NCBI GenBank assembly: GCA_022447605.1 | Contig: JAKVBG010000016.1 | Location: 28,376 to 92,375 of the forward strand | DNA: 64,000 bases | Origin: Mariniblastus sp. | GTDB lineage: Bacteria > Planctomycetota > Planctomycetia > Pirellulales > Pirellulaceae | Direction of reading: 5' to 3' | Shown here: piece after piece, positions 37,210 to 47,471 of the stretch | How positions within the stretch are numbered: the stretch's first letter is position 1 | Layout of the letters: each line of letters starts with the position of its first letter | Position numbers and translations under genes: made by a program | Notes under the pieces: model-generated | Databases searched by the model: none | What the model was told of the DNA's origin: nothing | Seen by the model: the letters and a program-made list of their open reading frames with translations, nothing else

Positions 37210-37755
37210 TCAGGAATGTTTATCGACCGATTGCCACTGGTTGACGATAAGCTCAGCGATCTCACGGGGAGGCAATTCATGAATCTCGACCGTGTAATCA
37301 GCACAAGCCGCATAAAGGTTGCAGCGCTCTTGCAATACGTGCTGCACTTCGGCCAGTCCGTCATGCCGTGACAAGCGGGGCCGTGTTTCCGCGGACTGCG
37401 GATCCTGTTCGATTCGCTCGCAGAGCAGCGCGGCTGGCGCGTCCAGCCAAACGGTCCAACCAGTGGCTCCCAGGGTCTGGCAGTTGGCGGGATCAAGGAT
37501 TGCTCCACCTCCCAGTGAAATCACGGTTTGGGAGCGCGTAGCGACAGCCTGGATCACGGTACTTTCCCATTCGCGGAAGACAGCTTGGCCATCCTGCTCG
37601 AAAATTTCGCGAATGGAATTGCCGGCCAGATTTTCAATTTCCCGGTCCGTGTCGAGGTAGGGCCAATCCAGCATCCGGGCCACCAGGGGGCCGACCGTTG
37701 ACTTCCCGCTGCCACGGTATCCGATCAGGTAGAGGTTCATGGGTTGCGCTGCCAT
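37210..37755 (-). CDS. aroK: Shikimate kinase
   Basis: GYRGSGKST, DTDREIE, FREWE, VISLGGG, RPRL. Confidence 0.97.
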   Translation of the reverse strand: MAAQPMNLYLIGYRGSGKSTVGPLVARMLDWPYLDTDREIENLAGNSIREIFEQDGQAVFREWESTVIQAVATRSQTVISLGGGAILDPANCQTLGATGWTVWLDAPAALLCERIEQDPQSAETRPRLSRHDGLAEVQHVLQERCNLYAACADYTVEIHELPPREIAELIVNQWQSVDKHS

Positions 37756-37803
37756 TGGAAATGGCCATTGGGAGGTGAGGGCGGGACCCGGACGGTTGCC
37801 AAC

Positions 37804-39291
37804 CTAATAGCGCGCCGCACTGGTTGCCCGTTTGACTTCGTAACGAATCAGGTCGATATCCGGTTCTTTTCCGGTAAACAACTTGAATTGTTGAGCAGCC
37901 TGTAAAACGAACATGTCGACCCCGGTGATCAATTCACATTCAGCTTCCCGGGCATACTTGATGAATAACGTCTGTTCCGGGTTGTAAACCGCATCAAAAA
38001 CCAGCATTTTCCTGTTTAACCAGTCGGCCTCAAAGGGGGATTCGTCGAGGTTGGGGTGCATGCCGACCGGGGTGCAGTTGATCAAAACGTCACATTCAAA
38101 ATTTTGGCGGTTCGGCCAGTCGATACTCTCGCACCCGAGATCAGCTGCCAGGTCTTCGCTCTTTCGGTAGTCACGGGCCGTGATCGTTATCTCACCACCT
38201 TTCCGTGTGATTCCGAAGCCGATGGCGCGGGCAACGCCACCGGCGCCCATGATGCAAAATCGAATTCCTGCGAATGGTTTTTCTTCGGCGGGGTCCAACT
38301 CGAGTTTCCGCAGCAGGCAGGTGATGGCTGCATCGCAGTCCGTGTTGTACCCGTAGGCATTGACGTCGCGGAAGACGACCGTATTGGCGGCCCGGATGCC
38401 CGCTACGTTGTCATCAATCGCGTTGAGTGACTTGAGAATTTTCTGCTTGTGGGGAATCGTCACGCTCAGGCCGCGCACCCCCAATTCGGGGCAGATCGTA
38501 ACAAATTCTTCCAGGTGTTCGGCAGGAACCCGGAAGGGTAAATAGATCATGTCCAGCTTGGCATGGCGTAAGCAGGCATTGTGTACGGCCGGGCTGAAAC
38601 TGTGGGCTACCGGGTCGGCAATGACGCCCAGGATATCGGTCGCTTCCGTGATCCGTTCGTAGTTGTATTCCTCGGTCATTTGCCTCCAACTCAACTGACC
38701 AGGTGCCAGTTGGCGGTCCTCGTGGAACGTGGCATAGCTCATGGGGGAACCGAAGCGGCCGCACAGGATCCGGGAGGCAAGGCCCATCTCACCCATGCAG
38801 AAAGCGACCGTAGGAATTTTGGAGTCGCGGCATAACCGCAACGTCCGAATGTTGTCGATTGGATTATTGGCCGTGGTGGCGATCTTGATAATGTCCGGAT
38901 CCAGCTTGGTCATCGATTCGTGAATCTCGCCCAGGTTTTGGGGCGTTTCATCAAAATTGTGATAGCTGATGATCCGTTTGGTTTTGCCGTAACGGGCAAT
39001 TTTATGTGCGATGTCAGCTTCGATGTCCACGTAGTCAACGCCATCGGCAATGGCTGTGCGAAGAAGCATCAAACGATCCTCCTCGCTCCTCATCCATTTA
39101 CCGCCATCCTTGGGCCGCCGGACGGTGGCGACGACTTCACAGTCTCGCCCATCCAGCAATCGCATCATATTGACCGGCCTGCGAATGTAATCGAGGCGTA
39201 ATTCGACAAGCTCAACACCCTGTTCTGCCAGATGCTTGCGCTCGGCGATCATCATCCGGTGACGACCCCGTCCAATACTTACGCAAATCAT
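37804..39291 (-). CDS. aroDE: Bifunctional type I 3-dehydroquinate dehydratase / shikimate dehydrogenase (AroD-AroE fusion)
   Basis: N-half: VELRLD, ISYHNF, IIKIA, MGEMGLASR, APGQ. C-half: HSFSP, SVTIPHK, AANT, NTD, GAGGVARA, NCTPVGM. Confidence 0.95.
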   Translation of the reverse strand: MICVSIGRGRHRMMIAERKHLAEQGVELVELRLDYIRRPVNMMRLLDGRDCEVVATVRRPKDGGKWMRSEEDRLMLLRTAIADGVDYVDIEADIAHKIARYGKTKRIISYHNFDETPQNLGEIHESMTKLDPDIIKIATTANNPIDNIRTLRLCRDSKIPTVAFCMGEMGLASRILCGRFGSPMSYATFHEDRQLAPGQLSWRQMTEEYNYERITEATDILGVIADPVAHSFSPAVHNACLRHAKLDMIYLPFRVPAEHLEEFVTICPELGVRGLSVTIPHKQKILKSLNAIDDNVAGIRAANTVVFRDVNAYGYNTDCDAAITCLLRKLELDPAEEKPFAGIRFCIMGAGGVARAIGFGITRKGGEITITARDYRKSEDLAADLGCESIDWPNRQNFECDVLINCTPVGMHPNLDESPFEADWLNRKMLVFDAVYNPEQTLFIKYAREAECELITGVDMFVLQAAQQFKLFTGKEPDIDLIRYEVKRATSAARY

Positions 39292-39599
39292 TTTTTCAGC
39301 AAGCTCATCTTGTTTAGGGAACCGTGTGAAGTGTCCGGTGCACCCGCGTAGATTTTACCCATATTTGCTATCCAGCTTTCCTTGACTAGGCGATAACGTG
39401 GTGGGGTTCGGTGCGGACCTATTATAGACGTTATCCAATTTCATAGAAAGCAAAACCGGGCAATTTGCCACGGCAATTACCCGGAATGAACTGAATTTGT
39501 CGTATCGTATCCTTGCGACCATGGTTCGCTGGGGAAGATTCGCGCTAACTGATGGAAGCGAAACGGCAACCGGATCGTGCCCTCGGCGGGTCGATTGCC

Positions 39600-41441
39600 T
39601 TAGGTCCTTTTGAATCGACGATCTAGCTCTTCTCTGGAGAAAACCAGCGCGGTCGGCCGGCCGTGGGGGCAATGGTGTGCGTCCTGGCAATCGTCGCGGT
39701 GTTGGAGGAGGCTGTCAATTTCCTCCGGCGTCAATGGATCACCCGCCTTGATGGCCGCTTTGCACGAATACATGTGCAGCATTTCATCTACCAGATCCTG
39801 TTGGCCGAGAGAGCGACCGTCTGACATCACGAGTTCAACCATCCCGCGTAACATCTCGGCAGGATTGTGATTGGTCAGCATGGCTGGGTAGGCAGAAATC
39901 AGCAATGTGTCACCTCCGAATGGCTCGATGACCATCCCGATCTGGCGCAGCAGTTCCTGCCTTTCCAGCATCGCGGCGGCTTCGGCCGGGGGTAAGGTGA
40001 CCGGCTCGGGTACCAACAACCGCTGGGTTTCCAGCGTTCCATTCTGGACTCTCGACTTCAATTGTTCGTACAACACCCGCTCGTGCAGGGCATGTTGATC
40101 AATCACCAGCATGCCTTCTTCCGTTTCGGTTACCAGGTAGGTGTTTTGAATCTGCATCGCCCGGACCCGCTGGACCGGCTCCCCGCTAATGACCTGACTC
40201 TCTTCGGCCAACCGGGATGCGGATGACCACTCGGCCGCAGGTACAGGAAGATCACTCGGCTGAAAGGACGGGATCGCTCCGGTGGCTGGACGGGGGTTGG
40301 CCGTCCAGTCCCGTTGCGGTTCAGCGCGGGGGAAGGAGAGTTGTTCCTGGGTCTCCTGAGAGACGGGTAAATCCGAACCCCCTGTCGGCACGGGTTCCCG
40401 GGTCACCAGCTTGGCCCTGGCCGTCAAATCAGTTGCCAGGAACCGGTTGCGGATCGTGCTCAACAGCTGACTGTAGAGCTTGCCGCCATTCTGGAATCGA
40501 ACTTCCAGCTTGGCGGGGTGTACGTTGACGTCAACCTGGTCAGCTGCCATCTGCATGCGCAAAAAAGCAACTGGATAACGCCCCGTCATCAACAGCCCGC
40601 GGTAAGACTCGCTCAAGGCGTGCTGGAGTGATCGGTCCCGAATGTAACGACCGTTGAGGAACAGGTATTGCATCCGGTTGTTGGCCCGGTTGACCGAGGG
40701 ATCGACAACGAATCCGGATAGTTCAATTCCGAAATCATGGCTGTTGACCTCAATCAGACCACTGCCAATTTCAGGTCCGAAAAACGTGCCGATGCGCTCC
40801 GACCAATCGTTGGTCGATGGCAGATCGAATTGCTGTTTGCCGTTATGCGTCAATGACATGTGCAGTGCGGGATTGGCCAGGGCAATCCGTGTAAAGGCCT
40901 CGAGAATATGGCCCCGCTCGGTCTGCATCGTCTTCAGGAATTTTCTGCGGACCGGGGTGTTGTAAAACAGGTTCTGTACGGTGATCGATGTGCCGACTGA
41001 CATACCGGTTGGCTCAACGGGAATCCGTTGGCCACCGTTGACGGCCAACTCGTAACCGCAGTCATCGTGGGCAGTACGACTGCGCAATAAGAATTGACTG
41101 ACTTCGGCGATGGAGGCCAACGCTTCTCCGCGAAAGCCGAAGGTGGCGACTTCGAAAAGGTCGTTGGCATCCTGGATTTTACTGGTTGCGTGGCTGGTCA
41201 CGGCCAACTCCAGTTGGTCTGGACCAATCCCACAGCCATTGTCAGTTACGCGAATCAGGTCGATCCCGCCATTGTCCAGAGCGACGTCGATTCGGGTGGC
41301 CCCGGCATCCACCGAGTTCTCCAGCAGTTCCTTGACCACGCTGGCCGGACGTTCGATCACTTCGCCGGCGGCAATCTTGTTGACGACGCTTGTCGAAAGC
41401 TGGCGAATAGGACGGGGTTGAACCTGGGCCATGATACTCAT
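39600..41441 (-). CDS. mutL: DNA mismatch repair endonuclease MutL
   Basis: KIAAGEVIERPASVVKELLENS, DNGCGI, TFGFRGEALASI, DVNVHPAK, DQHALHERVLYE, CPHGRP. Confidence 0.99.
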   Translation of the reverse strand: MSIMAQVQPRPIRQLSTSVVNKIAAGEVIERPASVVKELLENSVDAGATRIDVALDNGGIDLIRVTDNGCGIGPDQLELAVTSHATSKIQDANDLFEVATFGFRGEALASIAEVSQFLLRSRTAHDDCGYELAVNGGQRIPVEPTGMSVGTSITVQNLFYNTPVRRKFLKTMQTERGHILEAFTRIALANPALHMSLTHNGKQQFDLPSTNDWSERIGTFFGPEIGSGLIEVNSHDFGIELSGFVVDPSVNRANNRMQYLFLNGRYIRDRSLQHALSESYRGLLMTGRYPVAFLRMQMAADQVDVNVHPAKLEVRFQNGGKLYSQLLSTIRNRFLATDLTARAKLVTREPVPTGGSDLPVSQETQEQLSFPRAEPQRDWTANPRPATGAIPSFQPSDLPVPAAEWSSASRLAEESQVISGEPVQRVRAMQIQNTYLVTETEEGMLVIDQHALHERVLYEQLKSRVQNGTLETQRLLVPEPVTLPPAEAAAMLERQELLRQIGMVIEPFGGDTLLISAYPAMLTNHNPAEMLRGMVELVMSDGRSLGQQDLVDEMLHMYSCKAAIKAGDPLTPEEIDSLLQHRDDCQDAHHCPHGRPTALVFSREELDRRFKRT

Positions 41442-41444
41442 CCT

Positions 41445-42857
41445 CTACCGCAGTTCATATTCGTTGAGCTTGCGATACAGATTTCGCTCACTGATTCCCA
41501 GAATCGTCGAAGTCTCTTCACGGTTTCCGCCTGTCAGTTTTAACGTATTCTCGATGGCCCAGCGTTCGATCTCTTTGAGGGAGCGGCCGACCAGGTCGGA
41601 GTTGTCTTCTAGTGATATCATTGCCGACGGCCCGGTCGATTCGCTGACAGGTTGCTCGTCGATCAAGTCGGGCGAAAGGTCATCCACCCCCAGGATCCCG
41701 TCCAGGTCCATGACGACCAGGCTCTCAACCACGTTTTTCAACTGCCTGACATTTCCTTTCCAGTCAAAGTCAAGCATCCACCGTCGCAGTTCCTGCGTGA
41801 ATGTTTTCGTCTGTTTGTGATTTTTCTTGTTCGCCTGTTTCCTGAAATGGTCCGCCAGGGGCAGGATGTCATCTCGTCGCCGGGAAAGTGGATCCAGATG
41901 GACGGTCACGATTTTCAGCCGAAAATAGAGATCGCTCCGAAACCGGCCGGCTTCTACCTCCGCTTCGAGGTCCTTGTTCGTTGCCGCCAACACACGGACG
42001 TTGACGTGGATCGGTTTGTTGTCGCCAACGCGTGTTATTTCCCGTTCTTCCAGGACGCGCAGCAATTTGATTTGGGTTGGCATCGGCATGTCGCCGACTT
42101 CGTCCAGGAACAACGTGCCACCGTTGGCGTACTCAAACTTGCCTTGCCGATCGGTAATGGCATCGGTAAAGGCACCTTTGACATGCCCAAACAACTCGCT
42201 TTCTACCAGATGCTCGGCAACGGCTGCTGTATTGATTGCCACGAACGGCTTTTTCTTGCGCGGGCTGTTCTGGTGGATTGCCTGGGCAATCACATCTTTA
42301 CCTGTCCCGGTTTCACCCGTGATCAATACACCGGCGTCGGTGGGGGCGATGCGGCGCACCCGATCGACGACCCGGTTCATGCTGTCACTTGCGTAAACCA
42401 GGTTCTCGAATCCGAATTTTTCGTCCAGCCGACGTTGCAACTGCTGATTGGTCTGTCGCAATCTGACGGAGTCTGCCGCTTTCGAAGCGACGACCTGGAG
42501 TCGCTTGGGCGTAATTGGTTTCTCGAGAAAATTGAAGGCGCCCTGCCGCATGGCATCCACGGCGCGAGGTACCGTGGCGTGACCGGTTACCATGATGACT
42601 TCACAGTCCGGCTGCGTTTCCTTGGCCAGACCCAGGATGTCCATTCCGTCGACATCATTCATCATCAGGTCGGTAACGATGATATGGTAGATGTTCTCCT
42701 GGATCAGTTCCGAGCCCTCCTGGCCGGACGTGGCGCAGGTGCATTCGAACCCGATCCGGTCAAGGCTCTCGGTCATTGCCCGGGCGAGGTCCTTGTCGTT
42801 ATCGACAATCAGCACACTGATCGCTTGGATTTTTGTATTTTCTTGCTCTTCGTCCAT
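41445..42857 (-). CDS. Sigma54-dependent response regulator (NtrC family: REC-AAA+-HTH)
   Basis: Receiver VDND...TDLMM...FLEKP; GETGTGKD, ESELFGH, GAFTDA, LFLDEVG, RSDLYFRL, GNVRQL; C-terminal HTH. Confidence 0.96.
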   Translation of the reverse strand: MDEEQENTKIQAISVLIVDNDKDLARAMTESLDRIGFECTCATSGQEGSELIQENIYHIIVTDLMMNDVDGMDILGLAKETQPDCEVIMVTGHATVPRAVDAMRQGAFNFLEKPITPKRLQVVASKAADSVRLRQTNQQLQRRLDEKFGFENLVYASDSMNRVVDRVRRIAPTDAGVLITGETGTGKDVIAQAIHQNSPRKKKPFVAINTAAVAEHLVESELFGHVKGAFTDAITDRQGKFEYANGGTLFLDEVGDMPMPTQIKLLRVLEEREITRVGDNKPIHVNVRVLAATNKDLEAEVEAGRFRSDLYFRLKIVTVHLDPLSRRRDDILPLADHFRKQANKKNHKQTKTFTQELRRWMLDFDWKGNVRQLKNVVESLVVMDLDGILGVDDLSPDLIDEQPVSESTGPSAMISLEDNSDLVGRSLKEIERWAIENTLKLTGGNREETSTILGISERNLYRKLNEYELR

Positions 42858-43632
42858 GCCGCGATGATACAAAAACCGGCGGCCAGCGTCGACCAGCACT
42901 CGTTTCAACTCCCGTCCGGAATGAAGGGACCAGGTCTCGGTGAGCGGTAACGCGTCGCTTTGGCAGACCGGGATCAGAGCGTTCCTGCATCGGCAGGTGT
43001 GGTTTCCGCAAGCATGTATGGGATGGATTTAACGTGGAGGCAATTTCAGGTTATTCTCGGGAAATAAAGGGAGCCCCCAGTGACGGTTCCCAAAAAATGG
43101 ACGGAATGGCCCCCGTTTCGCTGATTTCTTACGGGTTGCATATTATCTCGACAATCTTCCTGGTGGGAGAACTCTGTTTGTCAGGTTCTTGTTTTACGGC
43201 CGCTTTCGAGAACTGGGCAACAGCGCCCAGCTGCGCGCGGATGTGCCGAAACGAGAGTCCCCTCTGGCGATACTCTCGTTTTTCCTGCGACCAGTACCGG
43301 TCGCTTCCTTTGCGACCCAATTGCCCGCGGTCGGATGGCTAGATCCCTGCGTCGTCATGCTGGGTCAACGGGTCCTGATCCGATGATGTGAATGATCGGA
43401 ATAATCTGGCCAATTCAGGTAGCGGGGGTATTTGGATCGCGAAAACCGGGATTCCTGAACGGGGATTAATGGTTCAATAATCGCCCGGGCGAAGATAGAA
43501 TTAATAGCTGCGAGGTAGCCGTCCCACCGCTGGCCCGGCTGTCTCACGAACCCCACAGGGATGACCGTCCAACGGGGCGTAGGTCGGCTGTGTGGAATTG
43601 ATCGATCCAGGTTTTCTTGATTTCCAGACCCC

Positions 43633-45036
43633 ATGAAACGACAAGGCATAGTCAGAATTACCATCCTGGTGGCGCTGGTGCTCATCGGCGCGGTCGTGAT
43701 CGGGTCGGTTTTCTTCCAGGAAACGCTGCAATCAAAAGGCAGCCCGAGCGACGAGCTGCTGTTCGTGGTGATGCAGGGTGAGTTTGTTTCGTCGGTCAAC
43801 GAAACGGGCGATATTGAGAGTTCAAGCAATATCGAGATCCGCTGTGAAGTCAAGTCTCGGGGGAAAGCGGGTACGGCAGTTATCTCGATCGTCCCCGAGG
43901 GTACGATCGTCAAGGAAGGGGATTTCATCTGTCAGCTGGACGACTCGGTTTTGAAGGATGAGCTGACGACCCAGAAAATCAGCGTTGCCGAAGACCGTGC
44001 CGTGGTCATTCAAGCCGCTAGCGACCTCGATACGGCACAGCGCAGCTTGAAGGAATATGAAAGCGGCTTGTATGAGCAGGAGCGCAGTCAATTGCGAGCA
44101 CTGATTGCCACAGCCGAGGAAGCGTACCGCCGCGCCAGTGAATTCCGCCGACATAGTGAATTCCTGACGCGCAAGGGGTATCGGACTCAGGCTCAATTGG
44201 ATGCGGATGTCTTTGCCGAGGAAAAGACGAAGATCGACCTGGAACTTGCCAACCAGAACCTGGCGGTCTACGAGGAACATACACGGGATCGAATGACGGC
44301 GGAACTAAAAGCGGAAATTGCCAAGCAGGAAGCCAACGTCGAGGCCTCCCAATACACGATGGAATTGAGTGAGAGTCGCCTGGCAGAAATCCAGGAAGAG
44401 ATCGCAGCCTGTCGCATCGCCGCGCCGGTGGACGGGATGGTGGTTTATGCCAACGAAATCGACCGCCGTGGTGACGCCTCGTTTGTGATCGAGGAAGGTG
44501 CCCTGATCCGTGATGGGCAACCGATCATCCGCTTGCCCGATCCCAAGCGGATGCAGGTCAGGACCAAGGTGAATGACTCGAAGATCAACCAGATTGAAAT
44601 CGGCCAGGAATGCCTGATTCGAGTCGATACTGACCCGGAAAACCCGATTTTGGGGCGGGTTCAAAAAGTCAGTTCCTTTCCGATGCCCCGGCGTTGGTAC
44701 CAGGCACCCATTGAGTACGAGGTTTTTGTTGAGGTGGTCGAGAAGAACCCGCTGATCCGTTCCGGGTTAAGAGCCAAAACCGAAATTTTTGTTGAACGGT
44801 TGCCCAACGAGCTGCAGGTTCCGCTCAGTAGCCTTTTTCGGGGTCAGCCCGAGGAAGAAGGCTATTGTGTGTTCGTCAAACATCCGGACCGGGTGGAGGT
44901 CAGGGCCGTGGAAATCGGCTCGAACAATGACAAGTTTGTGGTGGTCAAACAAGGGCTGGCAGTGGGTGAACAGGTGTTGTTGGATGCGGATAGCTACAAT
45001 GACGCACTGGATGTCCGCAACCTGAATCACCCGTAA
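43633..45036 (+). CDS. Periplasmic adaptor (MacA/HlyD-like membrane fusion protein)
   Basis: N-terminal anchor, lipoyl halves (VPEGTIVKEGD; IAAPVDGMV), long coiled coil, LQVPLSS. Confidence 0.9.
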   Translation: MKRQGIVRITILVALVLIGAVVIGSVFFQETLQSKGSPSDELLFVVMQGEFVSSVNETGDIESSSNIEIRCEVKSRGKAGTAVISIVPEGTIVKEGDFICQLDDSVLKDELTTQKISVAEDRAVVIQAASDLDTAQRSLKEYESGLYEQERSQLRALIATAEEAYRRASEFRRHSEFLTRKGYRTQAQLDADVFAEEKTKIDLELANQNLAVYEEHTRDRMTAELKAEIAKQEANVEASQYTMELSESRLAEIQEEIAACRIAAPVDGMVVYANEIDRRGDASFVIEEGALIRDGQPIIRLPDPKRMQVRTKVNDSKINQIEIGQECLIRVDTDPENPILGRVQKVSSFPMPRRWYQAPIEYEVFVEVVEKNPLIRSGLRAKTEIFVERLPNELQVPLSSLFRGQPEEEGYCVFVKHPDRVEVRAVEIGSNNDKFVVVKQGLAVGEQVLLDADSYNDALDVRNLNHP

Positions 45037-45055
45037 ACGACCTGGACATCCAACG

Positions 45056-46381
45056 ATGCAACTGTTTCGACTTTCCATCTGGAAACTGGGTGTCAAGAGC
45101 CTGACGTTACACCCGATGCGATCCGCCCTGACCGTCCTTGGTATTTTTATCGGGATTGCCAGTGTTGTCTGGCTTTTGGCCATCGGGGAGGGGATTAGCC
45201 GCAAGGTCCAGGAGCAGATCGAGGAACTGGGCACCAACAATATCATCCTGCGCAGCGTCAAGCCCGTTTCCGAGAACACGTCCGCCAGCAGCTCGATGGC
45301 CATTTATGGCGTGACCCGGGATGACTATGACGCCTTGAGGGATACTATCAACACGGTTGACCAGGCGCTCAAGATCCGCGATGCCAGTCGGGAGTTGTAC
45401 TACGGCGAGTACGACCGCAATGTGCATTTCATCGGCTGCACGCCTGAATATGACCAGGTCATGAAGCTCGAGTTGCACGAAGGGCGTTTCCTGGAACACC
45501 GTGATGTTGATACCTGCGACAACGTTTGCGTGTTGTCCTATGAGCTTGCCAAAACCCTCAGGCCGCTCGATTCGGCCCTCGGGATCATTGTGCAAATACG
45601 GTCGACTCCTTACCGGGTCGTCGGTGTCATGAAGCGACGGGGAATCATGGCCTCGATCGGCAGTTCCCTGGAATCCCAGGACTTCAGTGATGATGTTTAC
45701 GCACCAATCACGACGTTTTGGCGAAGGATTGGCGACTGGACGATGGAGATGGGGCCAGGCACCCGAACCAATGAAGTCGTTGAGTTGAGCCAGATCACGT
45801 TCCGGGTCAAGCGCATGGAAGATGTTATGAAGACATCCAAGGCGATCGAATCGCTGATGAAACGGCGACATGATCAGGAGGACTTTGCGATTGTGACACC
45901 GCTGGAATTACTCGAGCAGGCCCGGACAACCCGCTTGATGTTCATGGCATTCATGGGGTTGATCGCGGCCATTTCACTGATCGTAGGCGGAATCGGGATC
46001 ATGAATATCATGCTGGCCACGGTGACTGAGCGGACGCGGGAAATCGGCATTCGCCGTGCGCTGGGCGCCAACCGGTCCGCCATCATTCGGCAGTTCCTGG
46101 TGGAAACGGTGGTGCTTTCAACCGTGGGTGGGGTCACGGGGATTTTGGGTGGCTTGGCCTGTCCCTGGATTGTGGTTCAACTGCGAGAAGCCCTCATCGC
46201 CTGGTTCCCATCGACCATCGACCAATTGCCCTCGGCAGTCCGTGATATCACGCCGATGATTGTTCCCCTTTCGATTCCGTTGGCGTTCATGATCGCTGTG
46301 GGAGTCGGGCTGCTGTTCGGGATCTACCCGGCCATGCGGGCTGCCCGACTGGACCCGATCGAAGCACTCCGCCATGAATAG
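45056..46381 (+). CDS. MacB/FtsX-family ABC permease (no ATPase domain)
   Basis: RSALTVLGIFIGIASVV, VGGIGIMNIMLATVTERTREIGIRRALGA, YPAMRAARLDPIEALRHE. Confidence 0.95.
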   Translation: MQLFRLSIWKLGVKSLTLHPMRSALTVLGIFIGIASVVWLLAIGEGISRKVQEQIEELGTNNIILRSVKPVSENTSASSSMAIYGVTRDDYDALRDTINTVDQALKIRDASRELYYGEYDRNVHFIGCTPEYDQVMKLELHEGRFLEHRDVDTCDNVCVLSYELAKTLRPLDSALGIIVQIRSTPYRVVGVMKRRGIMASIGSSLESQDFSDDVYAPITTFWRRIGDWTMEMGPGTRTNEVVELSQITFRVKRMEDVMKTSKAIESLMKRRHDQEDFAIVTPLELLEQARTTRLMFMAFMGLIAAISLIVGGIGIMNIMLATVTERTREIGIRRALGANRSAIIRQFLVETVVLSTVGGVTGILGGLACPWIVVQLREALIAWFPSTIDQLPSAVRDITPMIVPLSIPLAFMIAVGVGLLFGIYPAMRAARLDPIEALRHE

Positions 46382-46422
46382 GTAAGGTCGCCAGGTTCGC
46401 ACAAGGCCCCGGTTTCCGCCAC

Positions 46423-46455
46423 AAAAAAAGCCGCCTTTGAAAAACAAAGACGGCT
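46423..46455 (-). terminator. Rho-independent terminator for the 46493-47185 gene
   Basis: Minus strand AGCCGTCTTTG-TTTTT-CAAAGGCGGCT (one G-U pair) running into TTTTTTT. Confidence 0.8.
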
Positions 46456-46492
46456 GGCGGAGAGAGAACGATTAGCAGCGGCCGGTTTGGAA

Positions 46493-47185
46493 TCAGTGGT
46501 TTCCATCCAGGCCGAGTCGAGCTCTTAGCTGTTCAAATTGCTGGGCATAGTTGTCGGTTGATGAATGGATATGTTCGGCTTCTGTAATGAATTGCATGTC
46601 GTCGTTATGGGGTACCTTGTGACACTCCAGTACGTGTTCAAAATGCTCCAGTGGGCTGCCATAGACAATCAACAACTTGTGTTCATCAAACTGGATTTCC
46701 TGGGGCGTTTTCGGGTTGAGCACCGCAATGCCCGTACATCCGTCGTTGGTCAACAGGTCTTCGAATTGCCATAAAATACTGGTGAGAACCGGCATGTCGA
46801 TATGTTCACGGTACATATCCACATGCTCGGGCGACTTCTGTTCGTGGCTGGTTTCCAACACGACATCGACGACCGGGCCGAGTCGCTGGATCAAGTCCAT
46901 GAACAATGGGAACAGGGTGTCGCGTGAAGCGGAGGCCATGACGACGGGGACCTTTGACTGGGTGCTTTCGTCGACGTAGGTGTCGTTGCGGTATCCCTGA
47001 ACCGGTTTGATTTTCAGGTCGATTGCCGGGCGGACCGCATCGGTCAGTTCGAACGAACCGTACTGATTGATTTTCATATGAGCTTCGAGTTGTTCCTGGC
47101 TAATCGTCTGGAAACTGTTACTCGAATGTCCCAGGGGATTGGGCTCATCATATGGATTCTCGAAAAAACGCTGTAAAAAAGCCAT
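46493..47185 (-). CDS. Hypothetical acidic/His-rich cytoplasmic protein
   Basis: 230-aa protein-like ORF with its own terminator; no family recognised. Confidence 0.75.
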   Translation of the reverse strand: MAFLQRFFENPYDEPNPLGHSSNSFQTISQEQLEAHMKINQYGSFELTDAVRPAIDLKIKPVQGYRNDTYVDESTQSKVPVVMASASRDTLFPLFMDLIQRLGPVVDVVLETSHEQKSPEHVDMYREHIDMPVLTSILWQFEDLLTNDGCTGIAVLNPKTPQEIQFDEHKLLIVYGSPLEHFEHVLECHKVPHNDDMQFITEAEHIHSSTDNYAQQFEQLRARLGLDGNH

Positions 47186-47471
47186 TGCGCTGCAACCTTG
47201 GGTCCTAAAGTATGATCTGGCAGATCGGGAACTGTTTTTTGTGGAACGATTTGAATTCGATCGCGGATGTCGCGTCGTCTACAAAAAACCCTAGGTTGTC
47301 GTTGATGAGGTCAGGTTAAAGTTGGTTGGGAAGGTTGTGAAACTAAGGATTTAGTTTCCCCACCGGCGTTAAAATCGGCATATCCTGCCAAACGTCCCCA
47401 TAACCCTTGATACGACCAATAATTACCGCGAAGATTAGTCCGTCAAGAGCTTGAAAAACAGGGCTTTACCG

